Part shown: positions 1 to 10,298 of the stretch, in pieces
Position numbering within the stretch: position 1 is the stretch's first letter
Layout: each line of letters begins with the position of its first letter
Assembly: GCA_046582655.1 (NCBI GenBank)
Contig: JAYGDX010000292.1
Span: 1 to 64,000, forward strand
DNA: 64,000 nt
Direction of reading: 5' to 3'
Source of the DNA: Candidatus Poribacteria bacterium
GTDB taxonomy: Bacteria; Poribacteria; WGA-4E; UBA9662
The notes under the pieces: model-generated
Databases searched by the model: none
The model's input: only the letters and a program-made list of their open reading frames with translations
What the model was told of the DNA's origin: nothing
Program-made: the position numbers and the translations under genes

Positions 1-168
1 GGTTGTCGGTTTGATTGATTTACCTTGGGTAAGAATATTGCGTTCCACAAGAGAGCCGTGAGTTTGGTAAGGCATCGACTCTTTCCAGCTTACCATATAC
101 ATGTCAATATCAGCGTCTTTTCCCGGCGTATAGGGGCTCCCATCGAGACTTAACATTTCTTCAGGCAT
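1..168 (-). CDS. 5' part of a hypothetical protein running off the window edge (MPEEMLSLDGSPYTPGKDADIDMYMVSWKESMPYQTHGSLVERNILTQG...)
   Basis: Hand-translated open frame from ATG at 168 to the edge, with an AAGAAGGAG RBS upstream. Confidence 0.7.
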   Translation of the reverse strand, partial: MPEEMLSLDGSPYTPGKDADIDMYMVSWKESMPYQTHGSLVERNILTQGKSIKPTT

Positions 169-505
169 ACGTTTATGCTCCTTCTTATAGAGTATTGGAT
201 GTTTGGCATTGTATGAGAACATTCTTAGAATGTCAATGGGGTTAAATCTAAAAAGATTGCTGACAGTCTATAGGCAATTGTAGGATAGATTGTGAGTCAG
301 AGGAGCCGTAGTAGCTTCTCCTGATTTGCATGAATGGTTAACAGCATAGCCAATAAATAGATGCTAACTGTCAGGCTTGCATAATGGTTTGCTGTGATGC
401 CTGTACACTTTAATGTGATATATTGGCATACTGGCTTGGTCTTGAAAAGTTTGGATTTGGCTCGGACTGAGTGTATGAGTCAACTTAATCTTGTTCTTAG
501 ATGGC

Positions 506-1357
506 TTATTCTAAATCTATGGTTGATTTGTATTGTCGGTCCTCTTCAACCCACTTCTGCCATATTTCCACTTCGGGTAGGGTGCCACTTCGACCCGCGC
601 GTGACAGCAAGAGATCGTCTTTCCCGAACAGACGCATCAACCGGCGATCTCGATTCAATTCGGCTTCGGCAATGAAGGACTGAATAGCTGGAATATCGAC
701 CTGTTCCCGTCGAGGATACCAGCACTTGGCATAAAAGCGGGAGACAAAATAACGCATCTCATCGCTGTAGTTGCCCGTCCCCGAATGCAGAAGCCCGCTA
801 TGGATAAACAGCGTATCGCCAGATTTTGGGTAGACCAATTGTTCTTTTGGGTGAGGTCGACGTGACTGGTCAGCGTTGACAAAAATGGATTTTCGATGTG
901 ACCCTGGAATGAAACGAAAAGCCCCACGTGCAGGGTCTATATGGGGGAAATAGTTCAGTACGTTGACGGCGTTGGGTGGCAGGTAGTCGTCGGTTCGACC
1001 TACTGAAGCCCACATGTCCCGATGCCATTTGATACTGCCAATGGCATCTTCTGGCGTGGTTGGATAGGTGGAGGCAAAAGCCATTGCTTCTAAGCTGACA
1101 AACGGCCCTATCAAAAGTTCGAGAAAGTCTAACACTTCTGTATTAGATACAAAAGAGAGAGCAAAATTTGGATACTTTTCAATCAGTTGATAGGTGTCAT
1201 GGCGATTGCCCGTTGGAGTTTGGTTGCTGTTCTGGGCTAACTCTTGCTGGAAAATGAACCGCCACCGATCGAGCGCAATCTCATCGAGTTGACTCTCAAA
1301 GACGGTCAATCCGTTTTGCTTAAAATCTTCCAGATGTTGCGCAATGTCTCTTGGCAT
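506..1357 (-). CDS. Phytanoyl-CoA dioxygenase (PhyH) family Fe(II)/2-oxoglutarate oxygenase
   Basis: WHRD (HxD), IPGSH, distal LLHSG and R of 'MRYF'. Confidence 0.85.
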   Translation of the reverse strand: MPRDIAQHLEDFKQNGLTVFESQLDEIALDRWRFIFQQELAQNSNQTPTGNRHDTYQLIEKYPNFALSFVSNTEVLDFLELLIGPFVSLEAMAFASTYPTTPEDAIGSIKWHRDMWASVGRTDDYLPPNAVNVLNYFPHIDPARGAFRFIPGSHRKSIFVNADQSRRPHPKEQLVYPKSGDTLFIHSGLLHSGTGNYSDEMRYFVSRFYAKCWYPRREQVDIPAIQSFIAEAELNRDRRLMRLFGKDDLLLSRAGRSGTLPEVEIWQKWVEEDRQYKSTIDLE

Positions 1358-1665
1358 ACAGAAGCCCTTTCATTTATTTTGTGGCTCGTAATATCAGAAT
1401 TTTGATTAAGCCGCTTCGCTACCAATATATGATTAAGTGATTCATCAAATTGGTACCTAGTGGGTTTACCCGCTTTGCCCTAATCCCATATAGCCAATGT
1501 TTACAGAGCAAAGCATATAAATTCCTAATTGGACATGTTTATAAATAATCGAAACCGCACACTTGCCGTTAGGTCATTAAGCAAGTATATCAGTAAAATG
1601 GTAGGTCTGAACATAGCCAAATTGGATGTTGCTCGTTCAGGGATTCGCTACTAAGGAGGACCGAA

Positions 1666-2409
1666 TTTCGTAAAATTGTTGTGGCTTTAACCATAGGGTG
1701 GTGTTGGTAAGACAACAACCGCTGTTAATCTTAGTACCGGCTTGGCTGCCTCGGGTTTTCATATAGTGTTGATCGATATCAATACTCAGGGACGGATCAG
1801 TATAGCTCTCGGGATTCAACTGGAGAAGGGGTAGCTGATGTTTTGTCAGATGAAATATCGGCTGAGGAGGCTATTACTTCCGTCCGGCAGAATCTTTGGT
1901 TCTTAGCTGGTGGGGTATCTCTGGCAGGCGCCAAACGAATGATCGCCAGAAAAGGCTTTGGGAGTGAATAGGTTCTAAGTTAGAAACTGGAACCGCTGGA
2001 AGGGGAATTTGATTTTGTAGTAATTGATACGGCCCTTGGTTGGGATTCATTATCAATTAATGTTTGTTTTATGGGCAGGAACTTTTGACAACTGTTTCTT
2101 TGGAGGTGCCCACGCTTCAAGAGCTATTGGGTTTTTCAAATTGTATTTCTGAGGTTCAAGAATATCATGCTGGTATAAAGCAAAAATATGTCTTGCCGAC
2201 ATTTATGGATCGTCGAGTCAAGAAGTCAAACGAAATTCTAGAGCAACTGAAAAATTATTTTGAACCTAATACAGGTTTGTCATCTAATCAGGTACAGCGT
2301 CAAAATTTCTGAAGCATCTGGTTATGGCCAATCGATTTATGAATATGCGCCTCGGTCAAACGGAGCGATCAATTACAAACAACTAATCAAGAAGATGGTG
2401 GCAACCTAA
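1666..2409 (+). pseudogene. parA: ParA/Soj-family ATPase pseudogene with several frameshifts and stops
   Basis: Fragments across frames: RKIVVALT / [17 protein letters not shown] / VLIDINTQG / EFDFVVIDTALG / VLPTFMDRR / IRYSVKISEASGYGQSIYEYAPRSNGAINY. AAGGAGGA RBS at 1653-1660. Confidence 0.85.
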
Positions 2410-2650
2410 TAAGAAAACAAACGCCAGATATCCTAAGTGGCTTGATGGGACAATCCGATGCAGTATCAGCATGCTGGTATACTAGCTAGAATGTCAGCAT
2501 GCTTGAACAGAAGCCCGCTAAGGCAACTTATTTTTGTCGCCGGATATTATTGATTCTCTAGAAGGAAGTTGGTTCCAGCTACGCTGAATTGTCAACGATA
2601 GCAAAGGAAAAATATCGAAATCAAAGATTGTGGAAATTATTTCTTTTGAT
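2396..2650 (+). pseudogene. Remnant of a small ParA-partner (centromere-binding-like) gene
   Basis: Fragments TPDILSGLMG, KPAKATY.LSPDIIDSLEGSWFQLR* and GKISKSKIVEII directly after parA. Confidence 0.45.
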
Positions 2651-2686
2651 TAAAACACTTGTATCATTTAAAATGTGTGTATAAAC

Positions 2687-2721
2687 CGAAGAATCCCAAG
2701 CGGTTAACTTGGGATTCTTCG
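2687..2721. terminator. 14-bp perfect inverted repeat (CGAAGAATCCCAAG-N7-CTTGGGATTCTTCG); terminator or operator
   Basis: Seen directly in the sequence. Confidence 0.5.
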
Positions 2722-2789
2722 AGCTTCTATACCCATTAGCGGAGTTCTGTGTCCGTTGCAATCACCTTCTCCCAAACCGAACAAATCCC

Positions 2790-3270
2790 ATTCTTCTTTG
2801 GTACCATACTACCATACCCTATCAACTGACTGATGATGAAGTTTTTGCTGATCCCAAGGGGGCTCACGTCAAATTGATACTTGCCATTGATAGGTTCCGT
2901 AACCTGAAGATGAAGCAGCGCAAATCTGATCAGGTGATGTTGTCAGGTTGAAGCTATTTCTCAACAGGTTCTGGCCGATAAATGCAAGCTACAGAGACCG
3001 ACGGTAAATAAACTGGTTGAAGGACTGATTGAATTGGGTCTGCTGGGAAAGGAATTGGTGGGTAGATCCAAGAAGTGCCATTATCAACTTAGCTTCCACG
3101 ATGCGAATTCACAACGGGTTAGGGAGATGAAGTCCAGGAGAGTTGAAGGAATCCAGGATGAAGAAGTGCAGCGCATGAAACAGGAAATAGAGGAATTAAA
3201 ACAACGGATAGATAATGTGGTTGAAACTAAGCGGGATCCGTCCGATGATACCTGTCAAGAAAACGAATAG
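2790..3270 (+). pseudogene. Broken hypothetical gene, possibly a replication/HTH protein remnant with a C-terminal coiled coil
   Basis: ORF fragments 2709-2951 and 3034-3270 separated by stops and frameshifts, next to the par relic. Confidence 0.3.
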
Positions 3271-3339
3271 ACATGTGTCGTGGATTCTGATAGGCATATA
3301 TAAAGATAATTATTACACGTACATGTAAGGAGAAAGTTT

Positions 3340-4608
3340 ATGATATTAAGTGATTCGGAGCAAATATCATCCAATATTAATACCGCTTCTCAACCTTCCA
3401 AGTTAAAAATTACCGATATGCGTTTGGTAAGAACAACTACTGGTGGGCCAATTCTCAAGCTTGATACCAATCAAGGAATCTATGGGCTTGGTGAAGTTCG
3501 TGATGGTGCTAGTAAAACTTATGCCTTGCTGCTCAAAAGCCGCATTTTGGGGGAGAATCCCTGTAATGTTGACAAGATTTTTCGCCAGATTAAGCAGTTT
3601 GGATTTCATGCACGTCAGGGTGGAGGTATCTGCGGTATTGAAATGGCATTGATGGATCTTGTGGGAAAAGCTTATGGGGTTCCCTGCTATCAACTGGCAG
3701 GTGGAAAGTTCCGTGATGGAATACGCTGCTATTCGGATACCCCAACGCTGAGGAATCCCGAGGAGATGGGCAAAAAACTTCAGCAGCGGATAGATTTAGG
3801 ATTTACCTTCCTCAAAATGGATGTCGGGGTTTCGCTTCTTAGGGATGTATCAGGCACGCTATGCGCACCGGATGGAAATCTGGAAACCAGCAATTTGATG
3901 CATCCTTTTACTGGTATACGTTTGACGAACAAGGGAATTGAAATCTTGTGTGAATATGTGGAAACAATACGTGAGATTATCGGATATGAGATTCCGCTCG
4001 CGGTAGATCATTTTGGTCATATCGGTATTGAAGATTGTATCCGTTTGGCCAAGGCACTGGAAAAGTATAATCTAGCCTGGTTAGAGGATATGATCCCCTG
4101 GCAATATACTGATCAGTATGTCAGGCTTTCAAATTCCTGTGCAACTCCGATTTGTACAGGTGAGGATATCTATTGCAAGGAAGAATTCGTGAAGCTATTT
4201 GAAGCCAAAGCTATTGCTATTTGTCATCCGGATATTGCTACCTCGGGAGGAATACTGGAAACCAAGAAAATCGGCGATTTAGCACAGGAGCATGGTATTG
4301 CTATGGCTATGCACATGGCAGGCACGCCGGTGTGTGCTATGGCTAGTGTGCACTGCGCGGCCGCAACCGAAAATTTTCTCGTTCTGGAAAATCATTCTGT
4401 AGATAATCCATGGTGGGATGACCTTGTAGTGGGATTGCCCAATCCGATTATTCAAGACGGCTATATCAAAGTTCCGGAAACTCCAGGGCTTGGTATTGAT
4501 TTGAATTCGGAAGTCATCCAGCAACATCTCCATTCCAGCGATTCTGAATACTTCCCTCCAACATCCGAGTGGGAAAACGAACGTTCACACGACAGATTGT
4601 GGAGTTAA
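3340..4608 (+). CDS. Mandelate racemase/muconate lactonizing enzyme family (enolase superfamily) dehydratase
   Basis: GIEMALMDLVGK, KMD, metal ligands in VDHFGH / WLED / TGED, PGLGIDLN. AAGGAG RBS. Confidence 0.9.
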   Translation: MILSDSEQISSNINTASQPSKLKITDMRLVRTTTGGPILKLDTNQGIYGLGEVRDGASKTYALLLKSRILGENPCNVDKIFRQIKQFGFHARQGGGICGIEMALMDLVGKAYGVPCYQLAGGKFRDGIRCYSDTPTLRNPEEMGKKLQQRIDLGFTFLKMDVGVSLLRDVSGTLCAPDGNLETSNLMHPFTGIRLTNKGIEILCEYVETIREIIGYEIPLAVDHFGHIGIEDCIRLAKALEKYNLAWLEDMIPWQYTDQYVRLSNSCATPICTGEDIYCKEEFVKLFEAKAIAICHPDIATSGGILETKKIGDLAQEHGIAMAMHMAGTPVCAMASVHCAAATENFLVLENHSVDNPWWDDLVVGLPNPIIQDGYIKVPETPGLGIDLNSEVIQQHLHSSDSEYFPPTSEWENERSHDRLWS

Positions 4609-4685
4609 GTGGACGAAACTATCTTCGCTTTCGTCGAAAGCTATTAACATCTCAATAATTTACTTGGGAAAAAGGAGAACCAAAT

Positions 4686-5345
4686 TTGCAGAGAGTACCT
4701 CTTCGACATTACGCTGCATTACTAGCAAAATATCTTGGCCTGCAGAAGTTTCGGGTAATGCTATTGGCTGGCCATGTTCATGTCGATAAAGGTGGCTTAA
4801 ATCTGCTCAGTCCGCGGATTCTCCGTTATTTAATGATGTTGCTAAATCAGGGATTCCTATCCACAGCGAAATCCTCAGACGATTTGTTACGTTAGTTAGT
4901 TCCTAACTTGGGGTAGAATGTTCTGATAGTCGTTGGTACTCTATTTCTGCTGATTGGTGTCTTACGGCAAGTTGTTAGGCTGATTAGTTCTTAATCTCGG
5001 ATAGGATGTCGGTTGGCGTGCTGCAAATCGGATGCGTGAAGACCTAGCTTTGCATTGCTTGAATCTTGGCATGTTGTTCCACCATCAATGCACATCTGGA
5101 GAGACGTAGAATGTGTAGATGGAGACACCATAATACTGTCAAATTTCTTCCCAGGATTTTTGATTAGGATGATTGGCGTACTGACTTTGGTTTTTCGCGA
5201 AGATTGGTAACTTGAATTGGCACTGACAGCCTCTGCAATTTTTGCTTTTTGGATCTGTAATCTGGCAAGAAACATTGCTTGCCGATCTATACTGCAGAGC
5301 GGGAGGGCTACTCTAGACTTTTCTTTTGAAGAGATGCTGCGATTA
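4686..5345 (+). pseudogene. ABC exporter (fused permease/ATPase type) pseudogene; N-terminal TM domain only
   Basis: MQRVPLRHYAALLAKYL..LLSPRILRY, then in shifted frames DVGWRAANRMREDLALHCLNL, VECVDGD.ILSNFF and LVFREDW*. AAAGGAG RBS. Confidence 0.7.
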
Positions 5346-5367
5346 TGGAAAGGTGACTTGAAATAGG

Positions 5368-5931
5368 TTGAGAGTGGGATTAAAAGTTCTCTTTGGGGCT
5401 GTCACCTTGTGTGTGTCTATACTATGTGGTTGCAGCACAATTTTAATGCTAAAAGAGCAAATTGTTCCTGTGTTCGATGTTGATCTGAGTAGATCAAAGG
5501 AACAAGGCAATCGAATAAATTTTATTCGCGAGAGTGAAGATTTAATTTTTGAAGTTCACAGCCAAGGTAGAGTTGGTGAGGCTACCATCTCGCTGATTCG
5601 AGGTACATGGGCATCCAAGGTCTGTTTTCGATTTTATCTGCATGGATTGGAGTCGTTTTCCGTCAACAATGGAGCGTTTGTACTCAACACAGCAATACTG
5701 AGCTATCCGCCGTACAGCGTATTATGTGAGATAAACGCGGTCGAAGAGGAATATCGCGCAATCTTGGAAGAGACTAGTTCCTACTGGATGCCTGCTAAGA
5801 TTGTTCCTATTGGTAAAAGGACATCTAAGATTCCACTGCAAACGGGGTATATCGAAGTGGTTGTACCGAAGATCGTGTTTGGAAGTAAACCCGAAAATCA
5901 GCACATTAAATGGATTTATTTCTTCAGATGA
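5368..5931 (+). CDS. Hypothetical lipoprotein
   Basis: 187-aa ORF with a hydrophobic N-terminus ending ILCGC (lipobox-like). Confidence 0.6.
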   Translation: MRVGLKVLFGAVTLCVSILCGCSTILMLKEQIVPVFDVDLSRSKEQGNRINFIRESEDLIFEVHSQGRVGEATISLIRGTWASKVCFRFYLHGLESFSVNNGAFVLNTAILSYPPYSVLCEINAVEEEYRAILEETSSYWMPAKIVPIGKRTSKIPLQTGYIEVVVPKIVFGSKPENQHIKWIYFFR

Positions 5932-6551
5932 TTGAATATATACGCCTGAAAAAGAAATGGTTTATTTTGTCATGCCTCGCAATAATTTTACTGGTGGGTG
6001 CTGTGCTTCCATATCAATTTTGGTTAACTAGGTTAGCAATGGTGCTGATTGTACAAACAGATTCGCTTCAACCGGTTGATACTATTATTATATTGGCAGG
6101 AGATGCGGAACGCTTTCAACATGGTGTGTCACTCTATGAGTCAGAATACGCGCCTCACATTATATTTACGAGTGATTCAGCGCCTTTACTACTCGTAGAT
6201 TTACATATAAACTGGGAGGAAATTACCACCAACGCGATAAAAAAAGCAGGTATCTCTGAAGGATCAACATCGCTTGTTCTGTCGACTTCGACTTATGACG
6301 ACGCCAAATATTCTTATCAACTTATGCAGGAGAAAGGATTTCAATCAGCGATTGTTGTCAGTTCTCCTTACCATATGCGACGGGTACGAATGATCTTTAA
6401 CAAAATATACAAGAATTCGGGAATTGAACTTCAATATAGTCCGGTTGAAAATAGCTGGTTCAGTGTCGAGAAATGGTGGACAAGAGAACGGGAATTAGTA
6501 ACTATCAACAACGAATATATCAAGTTGATTTTCTACCGATTGAAGTACTAA
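5928..6551 (+). CDS. YdcF/DUF218 (ElyC/SanA-like) family protein
   Basis: N-terminal TM, DTIIILAG, STSTYDDA, IVVSSPYHMRR, EYIKL. ATG at 5928 overlaps the upstream stop. Confidence 0.85.
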   Translation: MIEYIRLKKKWFILSCLAIILLVGAVLPYQFWLTRLAMVLIVQTDSLQPVDTIIILAGDAERFQHGVSLYESEYAPHIIFTSDSAPLLLVDLHINWEEITTNAIKKAGISEGSTSLVLSTSTYDDAKYSYQLMQEKGFQSAIVVSSPYHMRRVRMIFNKIYKNSGIELQYSPVENSWFSVEKWWTRERELVTINNEYIKLIFYRLKY

Positions 6552-6553
6552 TT

Positions 6554-6591
6554 TTTGTATCATTTTTCTATATTTGTATCATTTTTCTATA
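6554..6591. repeat. 19-bp tandem duplication (TTTGTATCATTTTTCTATA x2)
   Basis: Seen directly in the intergenic region. Confidence 0.85.
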
Positions 6592-6687
6592 ATTGATAAG
6601 CTTGATAGTTCTAAATATGATTTATAACTTTGTGTTCTGATCTCAGTTACAGACTTTAATATCGTCTGTTATACAGCCAATTAAGGA

Positions 6688-9023
6688 ATGTATTATGCAT
6701 CTTCACGTATTATAACTGTTGTTCTGTTGAGTAGTCGCTTGAGACCCCTTGCTAGTAATGCTGCAACGTCTCTAACTTTGATTCAAAATGGAGTTCCTGC
6801 AGCCACCATCGTAATTTCCGCTGATGCTTGCCAAAAAACATTGACTGCTGCCAATGAATTACAGCATTATCTTCAAGCGATCTCAAGTGCGACTTTACCG
6901 ATTGCAACTGACGATCAAGATGTTTCTGGGCCATTAATCTTAGTAGGCCGAGGTCAGCTAGCCGATCAAATAGATGTGAATATTCCATCAGGGCTAACCC
7001 ATACTCGAAGGGGGGAAGGATTCGTTATCAGTTGTGATGGGGGTCGGTTACTGCTCGCAGGTAATAACGATGGCCATATCATGGAACTGAATACGCGGTA
7101 TATGATTTTCTTGAACGGTTGGGTGTTCGTTGGTACATGCCTGGTGATTTTGGTGAGATTGTGCCGAAACAATCAACGATCCAATTCCCCGAAATCGATA
7201 TTTATCAAACACCTGATTTACCTGATTTTGTAATGCGGAATTGGTGGTTGCATACAACTGAGAAAATGCGAACACTGGAAAATTAGGTGGAAACTCCGTA
7301 ACAAAATGAACCCGGAATCAATGTTTGCTACGCCCGGTGACTCTTCTGCTCGGAGTATCGTTGATCCGTCTTTATTTGAGGAACATCCTGAATATTTTGC
7401 CATGAATGCTGACGGAAGCCGCAATCGGTATATGTCCAACCTCAGTTATCCCAAAGCAGTTGAGGTAGCCGCCAATATTATCAAGGATGTGTTTCGTAAC
7501 TCACCGGATACCAACTCATATGGTTTTGCCCCAGACGATGGACTACCGATTGATTTTGATCCGGAAACGATGACGCGGAATCAGCGATTTGTTGACCTGC
7601 TGGGACGGCCTGGTGTTGAAAAAGAGTTGAGCATTAGCGAAGAGTGGTTTACGTTTGTCAATAATGTAACCGCATCTGTGCGGGCGGAGTTTCCGGATGT
7701 GTATATTGTTACCAATGGATATGCTAATCGCAATATCCCGCCGCAAGGAGTTGAACTGGATGATCATCTAGTTATAATGTTTGCCGCAATCTGGAGTGAC
7801 ACTTTACATGCATATGATAATCCAAAGAGTTGGCAAACAGTAAGACAGGGACAGATGCTTAAGGAATGGGCCAACCAGTGTTCAAATGTGTGGGTCTACG
7901 GCTACAACTATGTGCATTTAGTTTCAGCGCTAACACCTGTTCCGCGCGTTCGCAAACTGGTTCGTGATTTCCCACTGATGAAAAAATGGGGAGTGATGGG
8001 GTTTCTTGATGAAACACGAAATATTTTGGCTGAATGCGGTATCGCAACTCGCTATGTGCGTACTAAACTCGAATGGAACGCAGAAACAGATGTAGATGTT
8101 TTGCTCAACGATTTCTACCGAAATTGGTATGGTCAAGCAGCGGAACCCGCACGGTCCTTTTGGGAGATGCTAGAAGACATTGTCGAATCCACACCGATGC
8201 TTGGTCACGAAGATCGGATTATGCCCTATGTATATTCTGGTCAGCTAATTGACAAACTAGATAGCGAAATTCGAAAAGCAGAACAGTTGGCAGTCACTGA
8301 ACGAACGAAATTGCATGTAGAAGTAGATCGCTTGATCCTTGAACACCTTCGTGCCTATGTATCCATGCGTACAGCAGAATTTGACGGTCAATTTGATCGT
8401 GCAGCTAATTATGTACAGGCGATGCTGGATCTTCGAAAACAACTACACGAGATCAACTCGTTTTTCATCATGTCTCACGAAGACGGTTATCAAACTGGCG
8501 TTTGGTACTGGAAGGTGATCGACCGAAAAGCCTATTACCAGTCTTTGGCAGATAAGATTGCTGGTGTCACCGGTAATCTCGTTGCTGTGTTGCCGAAAGA
8601 AGCAAAATTTAGTATCGATCCGCGTTATGATGATGCCAACTGGTCCACTATTCGAACCACTAAACCTTTTTATGCACAAGGATATATGGATCAAAATGGG
8701 TTTCCATATGTAGGTAATATTTGGTACCGTTTACAGGTCAACGTTCCCCTGAAGCTACTGGGAAAAAGGTGTTTCTTTATGCCCCGATCGTCGAAACAGA
8801 AGCATGGTTATGGGTAAATGGGAAATATGTCGGTCGTCGTCCATACATGGAAGCTTATATCAGGCCGGCACAGCTTGAACTAGATGTTACCAATGTTCTG
8901 CGGCTTGGTGAAACGAACCAGGTCACTCTTCGCGTAAACACCAGTTTGAATCCTGCCCAAGCGGCAAGTGGATTGATGTCGGTCTTATTTCTGTACTCAT
9001 CAATTCAAGAAACGGATGGTTAA
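6688..9023 (+). pseudogene. DUF4838-domain putative glycoside hydrolase (GH20/67-like N-domain, DUF4838, C-terminal galactose-binding-like domain), split by three single-base indels
   Basis: Reads continuously if the frame is shifted near 7075 (GNNDG/YHGTEYAVYDFLERLGVRWYMPG), near 7281 (LE/RWKLRNKMNP) and near 8748 (NVP/PEATGKKVFLY). HPEYFAM motif present. Confidence 0.75.
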
Positions 9024-9040
9024 ATCAAGGAGGATGGCTG

Positions 9041-10276
9041 GTGGATAATCGTGTTTGTGGATATGGTGATGGACTACTGACAAAAGATAGACATCGCTTA
9101 TTTCCTATTGGATTTTATGAGTTGCCAAAAGACGACATGGATCTCAAGGCGATGGTTGAATCAGGTGTTAATCTCATACGCTGTGGAAGCAAATTGGATT
9201 TAGATCGGATTGAGACACTGGGCGCAATGGGATGGATATCTCTACCTGTTCAGCTAGGTGCGACGAATGATTTAAAGGAACAGATTTTGTTGGTCGCTGA
9301 TCATCCGGCACTGGCGGTCTGGGAAGGGCCGGACGAAATCGTCTGGAACTTTACGGCGTGGAGCCATTTATGGAAGAAGGATAGAGTTAGTATATTTGAG
9401 CACGAAGGCGAATGGTGGATGCAAACACCTATGGTGATTAATTACTCCGAACAGAAATCGGGAGAAATTATGCCGAAAATAAACGAGGCAATTCAACTTG
9501 TCCGCAGACTTGATCCGCACAATCGCCAGTTTTGGATCAACGAAGCACGGGATAGCGATTTGAAGTTTGTCCGGCAATATATCAATCACATTGACATTAT
9601 CGGTTGTGATGACTATCCGATTCGATCTGATGACCGGGAAGCTGTACGGGTAGGTGTCTCAACCGACCGATGGAAACAAGTCGGTAGGAATAAACCGGTT
9701 TGGATGGTACTTCAGGGGTTCTCTTGGAGTGATTTGGAGGATTATGACCGAGGGATTGCATACCCAACTTTCAACGAATCTCGTCTGATGGCATACGATT
9801 GCATTGTACACGGCGCCAGAGGGATTTTGTACTGGGGATCAAGTTACTTGAAATCTGATAGCCATGAGTCGTTTCGACAATCGCTTTATGCATTAACGAG
9901 CGAACTTTCTGCTTTACAATCTTTTTTGATTGCTGCTGAAGAAGGTTATGTGCAAGTTAGTGTGACTGAAGGACGTAAGCAGGATGAGAATCCGAGTATC
10001 AATTCTGGTCAAGTGGTCAAACTAACTGCCCGTCGAATTGGCAGGGATTGGTTAATTGTGCTGGTGAATGAAAGTAATGAGACATGTATGGGTATTGAGG
10101 TCACTGGGCTAATTGATTTGGAAGGAACAGAATTCGTACTCCTTTATGGTAATGAGTCGATAACGATAACGCGAGGAGAACTGGTTACTCGGATGATGCC
10201 TCATCAAGTTAAGGTTTTTGCGACAAGTCGAAAATGGGAAACCTATCGGCGTCAAGGGAGGGATTTTGTCAAATAA
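9041..10276 (+). CDS. Hypothetical protein, glycoside-hydrolase-like TIM barrel
   Basis: FPIGFY, HPALAVWEGPDE, DIIGCDDYP, KPVWMVLQGF, HGARGILYW. AGGAGG RBS. Confidence 0.65.
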   Translation: MDNRVCGYGDGLLTKDRHRLFPIGFYELPKDDMDLKAMVESGVNLIRCGSKLDLDRIETLGAMGWISLPVQLGATNDLKEQILLVADHPALAVWEGPDEIVWNFTAWSHLWKKDRVSIFEHEGEWWMQTPMVINYSEQKSGEIMPKINEAIQLVRRLDPHNRQFWINEARDSDLKFVRQYINHIDIIGCDDYPIRSDDREAVRVGVSTDRWKQVGRNKPVWMVLQGFSWSDLEDYDRGIAYPTFNESRLMAYDCIVHGARGILYWGSSYLKSDSHESFRQSLYALTSELSALQSFLIAAEEGYVQVSVTEGRKQDENPSINSGQVVKLTARRIGRDWLIVLVNESNETCMGIEVTGLIDLEGTEFVLLYGNESITITRGELVTRMMPHQVKVFATSRKWETYRRQGRDFVK

Positions 10277-10298
10277 ATGCTACTGGGAGACATTGTAA

